NCBI GenBank assembly: GCA_021739695.1
Contig: JAIPBM010000021.1
Location: forward strand, 4,472-68,471
Origin: Flavobacteriales bacterium
GTDB taxonomy: Bacteria; Bacteroidota; Bacteroidia; UBA10329
DNA length: 64,000 bases
Direction: 5' to 3'
Shown here: one piece after another, positions 7,720 to 17,060 of the stretch
Numbering within the stretch: the stretch's first letter is position 1
Layout: each line of letters starts with the position of its first letter
Notes under the pieces: model-generated
Told to the model about the DNA's origin: nothing
The model's database searches: none
Seen by the model: only the letters and a program-made list of their open reading frames with translations
Translations under genes and position numbers: made by a program

Positions 7720-10437
7720 TCAGGCCACCCATTTCTTGATCATTCTTTCAATGTCATTGGAAACAACGGGTTTGAGCAAAAGGTCGTCCATGTCTGATTT
7801 CAGATTGCCATCATCATCGCGCTGAAGTACATTTCCGCTCAGACCAATTACTGGCGGAACGTCTACGTATCGTCTCTTTATTTCTGTAGTGGCTTCAAGT
7901 CCGTCCATTTCGGGCATTTGAATGTCCATGAAAACAATGTCGTATTTGCTCTTTTCAAAGTTTTCTACAGCCTGCTTGCCATTGGAAAGGACATCCACTT
8001 TACAGCCCATTCGCTGTAGCATGATCTTAAATGCCTGCTGATTGATGAGATTGTCTTCAACCAATAGGACTTTCGTTCCCTGAACGGAAGATTTTATCGG
8101 TTTTGAAGTAACTTTGGAAATTGGTTTCAGTTCAATTGAGTTCAACCGAATCGGAAGAGAGAGCCAAAATGTACTTCCGGTGCCAACCGTACTTTCCACA
8201 CCGATCTTGCCCCCTAAAAGCTGCATCAGTTTTTTACTTATCGAAAGTCCCAACCCAGTTCCTTCCAGATTCTGTGCTGTAGTGTGCTGTAATTGAGAGA
8301 AGTCTTGGAACAGTTTTTTCTGGTCTTCCTTCGGTATTCCTTGCCCAGTGTCGGCCACCTTTATCAGCAATAGATTATCCGCATCTACTTCAACTGAAAC
8401 AGAAACAGATCCTTTGTCTGTGAATTTGATGGCGTTGCGAACAAGGTTAGAAAGAACTTGGGTGAGCCGTCTACGGTCGGTGTCAAGTTGAACCTCGTTT
8501 TTTAGCGTACTGAAGTTCAGTGACAATCCTTTGGTTTTCGCCTCTGGTTCATATCGTTCGGCAATTGTTTCAATCAATTGCGATAGATGGAACGACTCAA
8601 GCTGAAGCTTCACTTTACCAGCCTCAAGTTCAGACAGGTTCAGCACATCGTTTACAATGGAGCGAAGGTCTTTACTTGCATCCAGAATATTCTCTAGTTT
8701 CGATTTTTGGTCAGTCGTTAACTTTGAACTGAGCAAGATCTCGCTCAGACCCATTATTCCATTTAATGGAGTTCGGATTTCGTGGCTCATGCTTGCGAGG
8801 AAATCTGAACGGAACTTCAGTGAGTTTTCCGCTACTTGCTTAGCCTGAAAGAGCTGTTGCGATTTTTTCTGTTCTGAGATATCGATGATCGTTCCAAGAT
8901 ATCCGCGGTATTCGCCCAAATGATTGAACAGTGGTTGAGCTTGTTCTAATACATGAAGCGCATTCCCGTTTGGTCGCTTGAACCGATATTCCATTGAAAA
9001 GGGTTTCTTGTTCTTTTCAACCGCCTTCCATGATGATTTTACACGTGCTCTGTCTTCCGTATGAATGTTTTCAGTCCAAGAACCATCTAAGATGGAGGTG
9101 AGGTCTGTTCCGATGATGAGCTGCAAACTTTCGTTCACGTAGGTTGCATTTCCGTTTTCATCAACCTGATAAATTCCAACGGGAAGCAATGATGCCAGTT
9201 TTCTGAACTTTGACTCGTTCTCTTTCAGCGCTTTCTCGGCCTTTTTTCTATCCGTTATATCAATTGACCAAATGCTCAATCGATCTGATTCTCCATTCGA
9301 ATTAACAACTGGATTGATATGACGATCGAACCAATAATCTTTGCCGTTGATGTTGAAATGCTTTTCGACCTGAACTTTTCTGCCAGAAAAGGCACGTTCT
9401 GTTTCTATTCTGAATTGAACCAGATTCTCTTTCGAGGTTATGTCCAAAACGCTCATGCCCACTTTCAGTTCAATGCCAAACTGTTCTTTAATAATGGCAA
9501 AAGCAGCCTGATTGAATGCAAGAACATTCAATTTTCGATCAACCAGATAGAATGTTTGAGAACTACTGTCGAACACGGCACGTAAATTCTCTTCAGACCG
9601 TTTAACGTCTTTTTCCGCCTTTTTCTTGTCCGTGATATCGAAAGCCCAAATGGAAACCATTTTTTTCTTTCCAACGCTGTGTTTTACAGGTGTAAAACGT
9701 ACCTCAATGACGTTGTTTTCAAGCCCTGGTTTTTCGAGTTCGACAGAAACTGAGCCACCGCCACGGGCCACTTTTATACCGTTCAGAAACTCTTGCTTCC
9801 AATCTGGATGAATACATTTTATGATGTTCTGGCCATACGGATCCAGTTCGTTCGGCATGGTTGCAATCATGGCTGGCGCCATCAGATTGCAGCTCATTAT
9901 CCTGTCGTCATCATCAAGAAGAATGAAACCTTGCGAGCTGTTGTGGTTAATAGCCTGAAGAACCTGTGTTTTCTCAGAGGCTTGGCGTTCGGTCCGCTTC
10001 AGGTCTGAAATGTTCTTGTAAGAGTAGATCACACCTGCGGCCGTTCCTTGATCATTGAGTAGTGGGCTGAATCTACCTTCAACCCAAATTTCATCTGCTG
10101 AATTATCAGGTTTCTTTACTCGCTGTTCCGTGCTGATTGTACGTCCGTTCAGCGCTGTGTTGAAGTTGCGGATAAAACGTTTGTTCTGATGTTGGTCAAC
10201 GTAATCCCAATAAGAATTGCCGGTTTTAAGTTCTTCCTGAAAGAAACCGAACATTTCCTTAGCCGCACGGGCATTGAACCACAAGATTCGGAATTCATGG
10301 TCTAGAATGATCACGCTACGCGAAGTGTGGTCGAGCAACGACCTCATTTCGGCACTTGGTGCCAACGATTTGAATTCTCGATCTTTAGAACTATTTCCCT
10401 TCATCATCCATCCGAACGCGTGCGTCCGTAGAATCAT
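7720..10437 (-). CDS. hybrid sensor histidine kinase/response regulator with multiple PAS domains
   Basis: Several PAS/PAC-like segments. HisKA H-box (SHEIRTPLNGIMG). HATPase_c motifs (NLVRNAIKFT; DTGQGIP; GTGLGLSI). C-terminal receiver domain (LLVEDNLINQQ, DIVFMDIQMPEMDG). Confidence 0.85.
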   Translation of the reverse strand: MILRTHAFGWMMKGNSSKDREFKSLAPSAEMRSLLDHTSRSVIILDHEFRILWFNARAAKEMFGFFQEELKTGNSYWDYVDQHQNKRFIRNFNTALNGRTISTEQRVKKPDNSADEIWVEGRFSPLLNDQGTAAGVIYSYKNISDLKRTERQASEKTQVLQAINHNSSQGFILLDDDDRIMSCNLMAPAMIATMPNELDPYGQNIIKCIHPDWKQEFLNGIKVARGGGSVSVELEKPGLENNVIEVRFTPVKHSVGKKKMVSIWAFDITDKKKAEKDVKRSEENLRAVFDSSSQTFYLVDRKLNVLAFNQAAFAIIKEQFGIELKVGMSVLDITSKENLVQFRIETERAFSGRKVQVEKHFNINGKDYWFDRHINPVVNSNGESDRLSIWSIDITDRKKAEKALKENESKFRKLASLLPVGIYQVDENGNATYVNESLQLIIGTDLTSILDGSWTENIHTEDRARVKSSWKAVEKNKKPFSMEYRFKRPNGNALHVLEQAQPLFNHLGEYRGYLGTIIDISEQKKSQQLFQAKQVAENSLKFRSDFLASMSHEIRTPLNGIMGLSEILLSSKLTTDQKSKLENILDASKDLRSIVNDVLNLSELEAGKVKLQLESFHLSQLIETIAERYEPEAKTKGLSLNFSTLKNEVQLDTDRRRLTQVLSNLVRNAIKFTDKGSVSVSVEVDADNLLLIKVADTGQGIPKEDQKKLFQDFSQLQHTTAQNLEGTGLGLSISKKLMQLLGGKIGVESTVGTGSTFWLSLPIRLNSIELKPISKVTSKPIKSSVQGTKVLLVEDNLINQQAFKIMLQRMGCKVDVLSNGKQAVENFEKSKYDIVFMDIQMPEMDGLEATTEIKRRYVDVPPVIGLSGNVLQRDDDGNLKSDMDDLLLKPVVSNDIERMIKKWVA

Positions 10438-10491
10438 TGTACGGTAAAGATGGTCAAATGTTCAAGTTTTCGACCAATCGACTGCTGGCAC

Positions 10492-11712
10492 TTATGAAGC
10501 CCTTCTTCTGGCCTTTTCCTTGACGATCAGCGATAATTCCCTGCCTGTTTGGCCCGCAATGGAAGTGTTTTCCTCAGCTCTTCGAATCAGGTAAGGCATT
10601 ACTTCTAAAATAGGACCGTAGGGAACGTATTTGACCACATTGTAGTGGTTTGCTGCAAGATTGAAACTGATGTTGTCGCTCATTCCATATAACTGCGCGA
10701 AGAACACGCGCGCATCATCAGTATTCAGCTTCTTTTCTGCCATCAGTTCGGTCAGGTATTTTGAGCTGAATTCGTTGTGCGTGCCGGCAATCAACTGAAC
10801 TTCAGGGTAATTGTCGATGCAGAATTTTAGTGCCAGATCGTAGTCGCGGTCGGTTTCTTGTTTGGTTTTATGAATTGGTGATGGATAACCTTGCTGTTTG
10901 GCGCGTTCGCGTTCCTTTTCCATGTATGCACCACGCACCAACTTCACACCCAATTTGTATCCGTTTTTCTTGGCTTTTTCCAAACTGTCTTTCAAAAACT
11001 GAAGACGGTCGGTTCGGTAGAGTTGGATGGTGTTGTAAATCATCACTTTTTCTCGATTATGCTGCTGCATCTGCTCTTCCACCAGGTCATCAATTGCAGT
11101 TTGAAACCATGTTTCTTCCGCATCAACCAGAATGGGAACGTTATTGTCTGTAGCGGTCTGACAGATCTGCTTGATGCGCTCGGTTGCCTTCTCCCATTCT
11201 ACGGATTCACTTGCACTGAAAACTCCTTTAGCGTTCTTTTTTGCCAATAGTCTGTTGGGCAGTACGGCTGTAGGTTTGAACACGGAAAATGGTACGCGTG
11301 GGTCTGTTTTTCCAGTTGCATTGGCTGCAATGATCTCTTTTGCCGCTTCGTCCAATTCAGTGGCAGATTCTTTTCCTTCCGAAGAGTAATCGAGAAGTGA
11401 GTAAACGCCAGAACGATGCAAACGCGCAATGGTCGGTTCGCAGTCGCTTATTTTTTCTCCACCACAGAAATGGTTGAATACCGTTGATCGGATAATTCCT
11501 TTGATAGGCAGATGAAGTGCCAAACCGATCTTGAGCAAGGTTTTTCCTGCGCTGACCAAGGTTTGGTTGCCAACCAACTTGAACAGAAGATGAGCTCTGT
11601 TCAGTTCCTGATCTGTTCTGTCAGCAAAAGCGATTTTGGTGTCTTCAAACGAGATCATTCGGTCGGTGATTTGATGCGGCAAATATAGTTTGGCGTTTGC
11701 TTGGAAAGCCAT
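10492..11712 (-). CDS. proline dehydrogenase family protein
   Basis: About 406 aa, with a proline-dehydrogenase-like TIM barrel (LVRGAYMEKERERA, YGMSDNISFNLA). This is the stand-alone PutA-N homolog common in Bacteroidota. Confidence 0.75.
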   Translation of the reverse strand: MAFQANAKLYLPHQITDRMISFEDTKIAFADRTDQELNRAHLLFKLVGNQTLVSAGKTLLKIGLALHLPIKGIIRSTVFNHFCGGEKISDCEPTIARLHRSGVYSLLDYSSEGKESATELDEAAKEIIAANATGKTDPRVPFSVFKPTAVLPNRLLAKKNAKGVFSASESVEWEKATERIKQICQTATDNNVPILVDAEETWFQTAIDDLVEEQMQQHNREKVMIYNTIQLYRTDRLQFLKDSLEKAKKNGYKLGVKLVRGAYMEKERERAKQQGYPSPIHKTKQETDRDYDLALKFCIDNYPEVQLIAGTHNEFSSKYLTELMAEKKLNTDDARVFFAQLYGMSDNISFNLAANHYNVVKYVPYGPILEVMPYLIRRAEENTSIAGQTGRELSLIVKEKARRRAS

Positions 11713-11739
11713 GTTTTGATGGAACTGCTGATGTGGGCT

Positions 11740-11870
11740 ATTTGAGCCGCGTTAGGGATGGAAGCGACATCCTTTTTCTCATTGGGCGGGCATTTGCGCA
11801 GGCGGAAAAAGATATAGCGGACAGCCCGGCCGCGCTTGCGAAGCCGCGCGGAAACGCCCATAAGATGTGT
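11740..11870. other. GC-rich palindromic island, a candidate structured RNA or operator, in the divergent intergenic region
   Basis: About 65% GC against a roughly 43% background. Long-range complementary arms GGGCATTTGCGC ... GCGCGGAAACGCCC enclose an inner hairpin CCGCGC-(ttgcgaagc)-CGCGCGG. Confidence 0.3.
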
Positions 11871-11908
11871 TTAACATTTCATTAACAGCTGGCCTTAAGG
11901 CTGTTCTG

Positions 11909-11916
11909 TAATTTTG
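11909..11916 (+). promoter_or_regulatory. candidate Bacteroidota -7 promoter element (TAATTTTG) for the DUF1573 gene
   Basis: Exact match to the TAnnTTTG consensus, 53 nt upstream of the 11970 start. A 10-bp palindrome GCCTTAAGGC (11892-11901) sits in the -33 area. Confidence 0.3.
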
Positions 11917-11969
11917 GAATGTATTTTGAATGAAGCACTCACGTTTTACTAATTAAATCAATCATCATC

Positions 11970-12413
11970 ATGAAAAAAACAATGTTGTTATTGGCAATGG
12001 TCGTAGGATCTTTTGCTTACGTTTCTGCTCAAGTAGCTGGTCCACAAATTGAGTTTGAAAGAATTGAGCACGATTACGGTACAATTGACCAAGGAGGTAA
12101 CGGTGCTACGGAATTCGTTTTTACGAATACAGGAACTGAGCCGTTGATCATTTCAAAAGCAAAAGGATCTTGTGGTTGCACGGTTCCAGAATGGCCAAAA
12201 GAACCAATTGCTCCAGGTGCTAAGTCTTCTATCAAAGTGAAGTATGACACTAAGCGCGTTGGACCTATCAGCAAGTCTGTGACCATTACTTCTAACTCTG
12301 TTGATAACAGCACTGCGCTGTTGAAGATCAAAGGAACAGTGAACGCGGTTCCAACTGAATCTGATTCTCCAGAAATGAAGAGTATTGAAGGAGCAACTCC
12401 TGTTGAGGAATAA
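11970..12413 (+). CDS. DUF1573 domain-containing secreted protein
   Basis: Signal peptide (MKKTMLLLAMVVGSFAYVSAQ) followed by the DUF1573 pattern (IEFERIEHDYGTI ... FTNTGTEPLIISKAKGSCGCT ... VKYDTKRVGPISKSVTITSNS). Confidence 0.7.
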   Translation: MKKTMLLLAMVVGSFAYVSAQVAGPQIEFERIEHDYGTIDQGGNGATEFVFTNTGTEPLIISKAKGSCGCTVPEWPKEPIAPGAKSSIKVKYDTKRVGPISKSVTITSNSVDNSTALLKIKGTVNAVPTESDSPEMKSIEGATPVEE

Positions 12414-12441
12414 GCTAAATTAAACTTTCAGAGTGAATTGA

Positions 12442-12471
12442 AAAGTCCCGATTATTGTCGGGACTTTTTTA
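12442..12471 (+). terminator. rho-independent terminator
   Basis: Perfect hairpin AGTCCCGAC-(tatt)-GTCGGGACT followed by TTTTTT, 28 nt after the DUF1573 stop. Confidence 0.7.
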
Positions 12472-12487
12472 TGCTTAAAAATTAGCA

Positions 12488-13687
12488 ATGCCACGTTTAT
12501 CGTTGAAGGGGCAAATGATGCCCGAATCGCCAATTAGAAAGTTGGTTCCTTATGCCACAGCTGCGAAAGCGAGAGGCATAAAAGTGTATCATTTGAACAT
12601 TGGCCAGCCGGATATTGAAACGCCAGAAGTGGCGCTGAATGCGATCAGAAATATTGATCGAAAGGTTATTGAGTACAGCAATTCGGAAGGCTACGCAAGC
12701 TACCGAACGAGTCTTGCTAAGTATTACAGAAGTGTGGGAATTGAACTGGAAGATTCTGACATCATGGTAACAACTGGCGGTTCTGAGGCCCTGATCTTCG
12801 GTTTTATGAGCTGTATGGATCCGGGCGATGAGATCATTATTCCTGAACCGTTCTATGCCAATTACAACGGATTTGCCACGATGGCAGGATTGAACGTAAA
12901 ACCGATAACCGCCAAGATTGAAGATGGTTTTGCTTTGCCACCGATCTCTGAATTTGAACGAAGAATTACGGAGAATACGCGCGCCATTCTTATCTGTAAT
13001 CCAGGAAATCCGACAGGAACATTGTATGGGAAAGAAAGCCTTGAGGCTTTGGCCAAATTGGTGAAGAAATACGATCTGTTTCTGTTTGCTGATGAAGTTT
13101 ACCGCGAATTCTGCTACGATAGTGCCATTCCATTTTCGTGCATGAATTTGGAAGGAATTGAGAATAATGTGGTAATGGTTGATAGTGTGAGCAAGCGCTA
13201 CAGCATGTGTGGTGCAAGGGTTGGTGCGTTGGTTTCGAGAAACAAGGAAATGATGGCCAATGCACTCAAATTTGCGCAAGCGCGATTAAGTCCGCCAACA
13301 CTTGGGCAAATTGCTGGCGAAGCTGCGTTGAATACGCCTCAGTCGTATTTCGACCGTGTGAAAGAGGAGTACATGCAAAGGCGAAACACCTTGGTTGATG
13401 GGCTGAACGCGATTGATGGCGTGACGTGTCCGAAACCTGCAGGTGCCTTCTACGCCATGGCACAACTGCCTGTGGAAAGTGGAGATGATTTCTGCCAATG
13501 GATGTTGGAGGAGTTCAGCTACGAAGGCGAAACTGTGATGATGGCACCCGGAAGCGGCTTCTACTCAACGCGCGCCTATGGCGAAAAGCAAGTCCGTATT
13601 GCCTATGTTCTTAACGAAGAAGATCTGAAACGCTCTATTAAGATTATTGACGAAGCGTTGAAGGTTTATCCTGATAGAACGAACTAA
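12488..13687 (+). CDS. pyridoxal-phosphate-dependent aminotransferase, class I (aspartate aminotransferase-like)
   Basis: NIGQPDIETP ... NPGNPTG ... SVSKRYSMCGARVG contains the PLP-Lys motif SxSK. Start could be the internal MM at 12515-12520. Confidence 0.85.
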   Translation: MPRLSLKGQMMPESPIRKLVPYATAAKARGIKVYHLNIGQPDIETPEVALNAIRNIDRKVIEYSNSEGYASYRTSLAKYYRSVGIELEDSDIMVTTGGSEALIFGFMSCMDPGDEIIIPEPFYANYNGFATMAGLNVKPITAKIEDGFALPPISEFERRITENTRAILICNPGNPTGTLYGKESLEALAKLVKKYDLFLFADEVYREFCYDSAIPFSCMNLEGIENNVVMVDSVSKRYSMCGARVGALVSRNKEMMANALKFAQARLSPPTLGQIAGEAALNTPQSYFDRVKEEYMQRRNTLVDGLNAIDGVTCPKPAGAFYAMAQLPVESGDDFCQWMLEEFSYEGETVMMAPGSGFYSTRAYGEKQVRIAYVLNEEDLKRSIKIIDEALKVYPDRTN

Positions 13688-14901
13688 GGATAGACCAAAT
13701 ACTTCTCTCTCATTGTTTTGAAAGTAGCTAGGTCAGCCTGCCATGATTCACGTATTTCCTCAGCAGATTTTCCTGCCATGATCTGCTCTCTCAATTGCGA
13801 TGAGCCAGCCAAAAGATCAAAGAATTTCTTGTCGAAGAACTTGTCTTTTTCCGGATACGCTTGATAGGTAGAAATAAGCCATTCTAAGTTCATTTTGGCC
13901 AAGTTGTGAAGACTATCTTCGGTCAAGACTGAAAGGTCGGTTCCTGCACAATCTATTCCTTCGAATTTCGGATCGGTGGCCACACCTTTGATGTCTTTTG
14001 GAGTGAAATTGGTGTTTCCATTAGGCATTTTCGGATAGCCGAATTGTTGAAAAGGTTTGTCTGTTCCGCGGCCTTCACTCACCACTGTTCCTTCAAAATA
14101 GCAAATGCTAGGGTAGAGGTAAATTGCTTTTTGATTTGGCAAATTAGGCGATGGAGGAACAGGTAATTCATAGGCTTCGTTTCGAGAATAATGCTCCATT
14201 TCTATCACGGATAGTTCGCATTTCACTCCGTTTTTCAGCCAGCCTTCGCCATTCACCATTTTGGCATATTCGCCCACAGTCATTCCGTGAACCACTGGAA
14301 TTTCATGTAATCCTACAAATGAGGAGAATTCCTTTTTCAGAACTGGGCCATCAACGTAACGTCCATTCGGATTCGGACGGTCAAGAATCATCATTGGAAT
14401 TCCGTTTTCTGCACAGGCTTCCATGATGTAACTCATCGTGCTGATGTAGGTGTAAAATCGTGCTCCAACATCTTGGATATCAAAGATCACTAGCTCCAAT
14501 CCTTCCAGTTGCTTGGCTGATGGCTTGTAATTGCTTCCATAAAGTGAAACGATCGGAAGGCCCGTTTTCGGGTCTTTGCTGTCCGTGATCTTCTCGCCCG
14601 CACTAGCATTTCCACGAAAACCGTGCTCAGGTGCAAAAGCGCATGTTACATTCACTCCCAAGGCTAGAAGTGTGTCCACTAAATGAGTTTGCCTTATAAG
14701 CGAAGTCTGATTGGCAACAACCCCGACTGATTTTCCTTCCAACAATGGCAAGTAAGCCTCCGTTCTCTCCGCGCCTAAACGCATGAGTTTGCTGACTTCC
14801 TCTGCGCTGCTTTCTACAGATGCAGGCGGTGGTGCTGGCACAGGTTGACCACAGGACGATAGCCACAGAACGGTAAGCAGATATTTGATAGTTTTAGCCA
14901 T
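13684..14901 (-). CDS. DUF1343 family protein (exo-beta-N-acetylmuramidase NamZ-like)
   Basis: Signal/lipoprotein N-terminus followed by VGVVANQTS ... FAPEHGFRG ... ILDRPNPNG, typical of DUF1343. Start set to MAKTIKY (14901). Its 4-nt tail overlaps the aminotransferase stop (convergent). Confidence 0.8.
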   Translation of the reverse strand: MAKTIKYLLTVLWLSSCGQPVPAPPPASVESSAEEVSKLMRLGAERTEAYLPLLEGKSVGVVANQTSLIRQTHLVDTLLALGVNVTCAFAPEHGFRGNASAGEKITDSKDPKTGLPIVSLYGSNYKPSAKQLEGLELVIFDIQDVGARFYTYISTMSYIMEACAENGIPMMILDRPNPNGRYVDGPVLKKEFSSFVGLHEIPVVHGMTVGEYAKMVNGEGWLKNGVKCELSVIEMEHYSRNEAYELPVPPSPNLPNQKAIYLYPSICYFEGTVVSEGRGTDKPFQQFGYPKMPNGNTNFTPKDIKGVATDPKFEGIDCAGTDLSVLTEDSLHNLAKMNLEWLISTYQAYPEKDKFFDKKFFDLLAGSSQLREQIMAGKSAEEIRESWQADLATFKTMREKYLVYP

Positions 14902-14937
14902 TATCTCTCGCACAAAAATCAATTTAGCGGCAAGCAA

Positions 14938-16176
14938 TTGAATACTTCCTTTTTTATTGCAAAACGCCTCATCCGAGCAGGCGGGCAGGCCGAAAGTAAC
15001 ACTATTTCGGGTACGCGTCCAATTGTGCGGATTGCCATCGCTGGCATCGCTTTAGGCTTAGCGGTGATGATCATTTCAATGGCCATTGTCACGGGTTTTC
15101 AGAAAGAGATCACGAATAAGATCGTGAACTTCGGTTCAGACATCGTCATTACCGAATACTCCAATCTTAATGCCATTGAGCCGCAGCCTGTTTCTAAATT
15201 CCAATTGTTCTATCCCAGTTTAGAGGAACTCGATGGCATCAGCCACATTCAGGTTTTTGCTACAAAAGCAGGCATCATTAAAACGGATGATGAAATTGAA
15301 GGTGTAGTTGTAAAAGGAGTTGGTGCCGATTTTGACTGGAGTTTCTTCAAGCAGCACTTGGTTGATGGTGATGTATTCAGCACCACTGACACATCGCGAA
15401 GTAGAAATATTCTCATTTCCGAGATCATTTCTAAGAAACTGAAACTGGCTGTAGGAGATAGGATGGAGATTTTTTTCATCCAGAATGAAAAGCAGCGTGC
15501 ACGGATTTTTGACGTGACCGGAATCTATAAAACAGGGCTTGCAGATTTTGATGAACGCTACGTGATCACCGATATCGCGCACATTCAACGATTGAATGGT
15601 TGGAGTGAAGATCAGGTCGCTGGATTCGAGGTTTTTGTAGATGATTTCGACCGTTTGGATGAATTGGACGACATCGTTTATCACTCCATTGGAACAGATC
15701 TGTTTTCGGCAACGGTGAAGGAATTGCAACCGCAGATGTTCGATTGGCTTGATCTTCAGGATATGAACGTGCGCGTCATCATCATTCTCATGTTGGTGGT
15801 GGCTGGTTTCAATATGATTTCGGCCTTGCTCATCATGATCATCGAGCGCGTTTATATGATCGGCACGCTCAAATCGCTTGGAATGAATGATGTCAAGATT
15901 CGCAACATCTTCATTTATCAAGCACTTTATCTTACAAGTGTTGGGTTGTTTTGGGGAAATCTTGTTGGTATTTCACTTTGCCTGATACAACAGCATTTTG
16001 GCATTATTACGCTGCCAGAAGAAAGCTACTATGTGAAAGTTGTTCCCATCAATCTTCAACTCATTCACATATTAATGTTGAATGCAGGAACACTTTTCTT
16101 CTGTTTTCTAATGTTGCTGCTGCCTTCGATGGTCGTGTCGCGCATTCAACCTTTGAAGGCGATCCGCTTCAGTTAG
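14938..16176 (+). CDS. FtsX-like ABC transporter permease (LolC/LolE family)
   Basis: N-terminal TM, a large periplasmic domain, then a C-terminal 3-TM FtsX domain (MISALLIMIIERVYMIGTLKSLGM). Apparent TTG start. Confidence 0.75.
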   Translation: MNTSFFIAKRLIRAGGQAESNTISGTRPIVRIAIAGIALGLAVMIISMAIVTGFQKEITNKIVNFGSDIVITEYSNLNAIEPQPVSKFQLFYPSLEELDGISHIQVFATKAGIIKTDDEIEGVVVKGVGADFDWSFFKQHLVDGDVFSTTDTSRSRNILISEIISKKLKLAVGDRMEIFFIQNEKQRARIFDVTGIYKTGLADFDERYVITDIAHIQRLNGWSEDQVAGFEVFVDDFDRLDELDDIVYHSIGTDLFSATVKELQPQMFDWLDLQDMNVRVIIILMLVVAGFNMISALLIMIIERVYMIGTLKSLGMNDVKIRNIFIYQALYLTSVGLFWGNLVGISLCLIQQHFGIITLPEESYYVKVVPINLQLIHILMLNAGTLFFCFLMLLLPSMVVSRIQPLKAIRFS

Positions 16177-16177
16177 G

Positions 16178-16978
16178 TCATTGACCGAACATGTTCTCCA
16201 ACAGATCGCGGAGCTGTTTCGGTGAAATATCGTATTCCAGTTTCCCATCATGTGTCACTGAAATTCCGCCAGTTTGTTCCGAAACTACAATGGCAACTGC
16301 GTCCGAACTTTCCGAAAGACCAACAGCAGCTCGATGGCGCATGCCCAAATGAGCAGGGAATTCCTTGTCGTCCGTTACAGGAAGAACACAGCGAGCGGCT
16401 CTAATGCGATTTTCGGTGATAATTACCGCGCCATCGTGCAACGGACTGTTCTTGTAGAAGATCGATTCGAGGATCTTTGCAGAAACGCCCGCATCAATTG
16501 GTTCGCCCGTGTTGGCATAAAATTGCAAACTGTTTTCGCGGCTAATCACAATGATGGCACCCGTAAGTGAATGTGCCATATTCAGGCTTGCCGAAACAAT
16601 GGCGCTGATATCCAATGATTGTCGATTGCGAAGCCCTTTTCCCAGATTAAACCATCTCAGTGGAGAGCGCTTTCCGCTCATGATTCCGGTAGTTCCGATC
16701 AGTAGCAGAAACCGCCTTACTTCCTGCTGAAAAACCACGATCAACGCCAATACACCAACTCCAATGAATTGTCCCAAGATCGACCCAAGCAGTTGCATAT
16801 TGAGCACTCGAACGAGCAGCCATAGTAGGTAAAGCGAAAGAATGCCCAGAAAAATATTGACGGCTGCTGTTCCTCGAACCAGATTGTAAAGTTGATAGAG
16901 CAGAATGGCCACAATCAGAATGTCCAAGGCATCGAGCCAACGGAAGGTCAGAAATCCTAGAATAATATCAAGCACCAT
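16178..16978 (-). CDS. cdaA: diadenylate cyclase CdaA (DisA_N domain, c-di-AMP synthase)
   Basis: Three N-terminal TM helices followed by a DAC domain (GAIIVISRENSLQFYANTGEPIDAGVS ... SPLHDGAVIITENRIRAARCVLPV) and the RHRAA motif. Confidence 0.85.
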   Translation of the reverse strand: MVLDIILGFLTFRWLDALDILIVAILLYQLYNLVRGTAAVNIFLGILSLYLLWLLVRVLNMQLLGSILGQFIGVGVLALIVVFQQEVRRFLLLIGTTGIMSGKRSPLRWFNLGKGLRNRQSLDISAIVSASLNMAHSLTGAIIVISRENSLQFYANTGEPIDAGVSAKILESIFYKNSPLHDGAVIITENRIRAARCVLPVTDDKEFPAHLGMRHRAAVGLSESSDAVAIVVSEQTGGISVTHDGKLEYDISPKQLRDLLENMFGQ

Positions 16979-17060
16979 CAGAATCAGCTTTCCTTTTACA
17001 ACAGGCGGTTGTCAAATTTAGCGTAATGCGTGGGACTGCTGTCAAAAGTCAGTTGAAGAT

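Noticed and set aside
11655-11885. Small ORFs (62-68 aa) over the GC-rich intergenic island
   Set aside because: Created by GC-rich composition. Arg-rich nonsense products. The region is treated as non-coding or structured.
12497-13279. 260-aa minus-strand ORF
   Set aside because: Antisense shadow ORF of the aminotransferase gene.
15220-15921. 233-aa minus-strand ORF
   Set aside because: Antisense to the FtsX permease. Low-complexity composition.
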